Sequence record: NC_070958.1
DNA: 64,000 bases
Reading direction: 5' to 3' (one strand)
Shown piece after piece: positions 63,664-64,000 of this stretch (position 1 is its first letter; each line of letters opens with the position of its first letter). The notes under the pieces were generated by a model that did no database searches, was not told where the DNA came from, and saw nothing but the letters and a program-made list of their open reading frames with translations. The position numbers and the translations under genes are program-made.

Positions 63664-64000
63664 ATGCAACACTGTACTTTTGATACTGTAGGTGAATTGG
63701 TAGGCGTCTTAAATGGTCTCGGGAAACCAGAAGCCATGGTGGATAGCTTTTATGTCTATGAACGACAGGAAAGAAACTACATTGTGATGGAACGAACCGA
63801 GGAAGGGGAAACTTCTTTCAACTTTGCTCCAGTCCGTCACAATCACCCTTATCAAGGTTATGACGATATCGTAATCTCGTCCTCACTCACCGTAGGTAAG
63901 TTTATCGAGATGCTAGAAACCTTCCCACTGGATACACACATCAAGTACATCCGGTTGAAAGGTGCCGACAACATGGTGGCAATGAACGTTGAAGAAGACG
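63664..64000 (+). CDS. Hypothetical protein, 3'-truncated by the window edge (not in the ORF track)
   Basis: GGGGT RBS then ATG 63664 (MQHCTFDTVGELVG...); no stop codon before the window end. Confidence 0.7.
   Translation, partial: MQHCTFDTVGELVGVLNGLGKPEAMVDSFYVYERQERNYIVMERTEEGETSFNFAPVRHNHPYQGYDDIVISSSLTVGKFIEMLETFPLDTHIKYIRLKGADNMVAMNVEED

Noticed and set aside
1-64000. tRNA, rRNA, introns/inteins, alternative genetic code
   Set aside because: No cloverleaf or rRNA-like segment was recognised. ligA, nrdB, rnhA and the SbcC-like gene are continuous and of normal length under the standard code. A tRNAscan/Infernal run would be needed to exclude small RNAs formally.

Overview
This 64-kb window looks like part of a large lytic dsDNA phage genome of the phiKZ-like (Chimalliviridae-type) jumbo phage group, probably infecting a Gammaproteobacterium. 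That placement is inferred from: a divergent spike/SbcC-like gene pair, a phiKZ gp144-like lytic transglycosylase, a gammaproteobacterial-type NrdB, an NAD-dependent ligase, dense short + strand ORFs with AGGAG-type RBS, and a repeated phage-type promoter motif. The + strand holds runs of mostly hypothetical genes, each preceded by an AGATATYATY-N4-TGTA motif (10 copies) and closed by strong hairpin terminators. The - strand holds three very large putative tail/baseplate proteins (34.3-49.3 kb), nrdB, a spike gene, a DUF1353 gene and a stand-alone copy of the tail-protein N-terminal domain. The most notable accessory content is a set of envelope-targeted genes (trimeric autotransporter adhesin, small outer-membrane beta-barrel, signal-peptide transglycosylase, LprI-like protein), a bacterial-style two-gene glycine-zipper + HNH-like module, a CYTH-WYL fusion, two minimal kinase-fold genes beside a metallophosphoesterase, and a gene flanked by a 64-bp direct repeat. 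No tRNA, rRNA, CRISPR array, integrase or transposase was recognised. All family assignments come from motif recognition by eye; no database searches were run.
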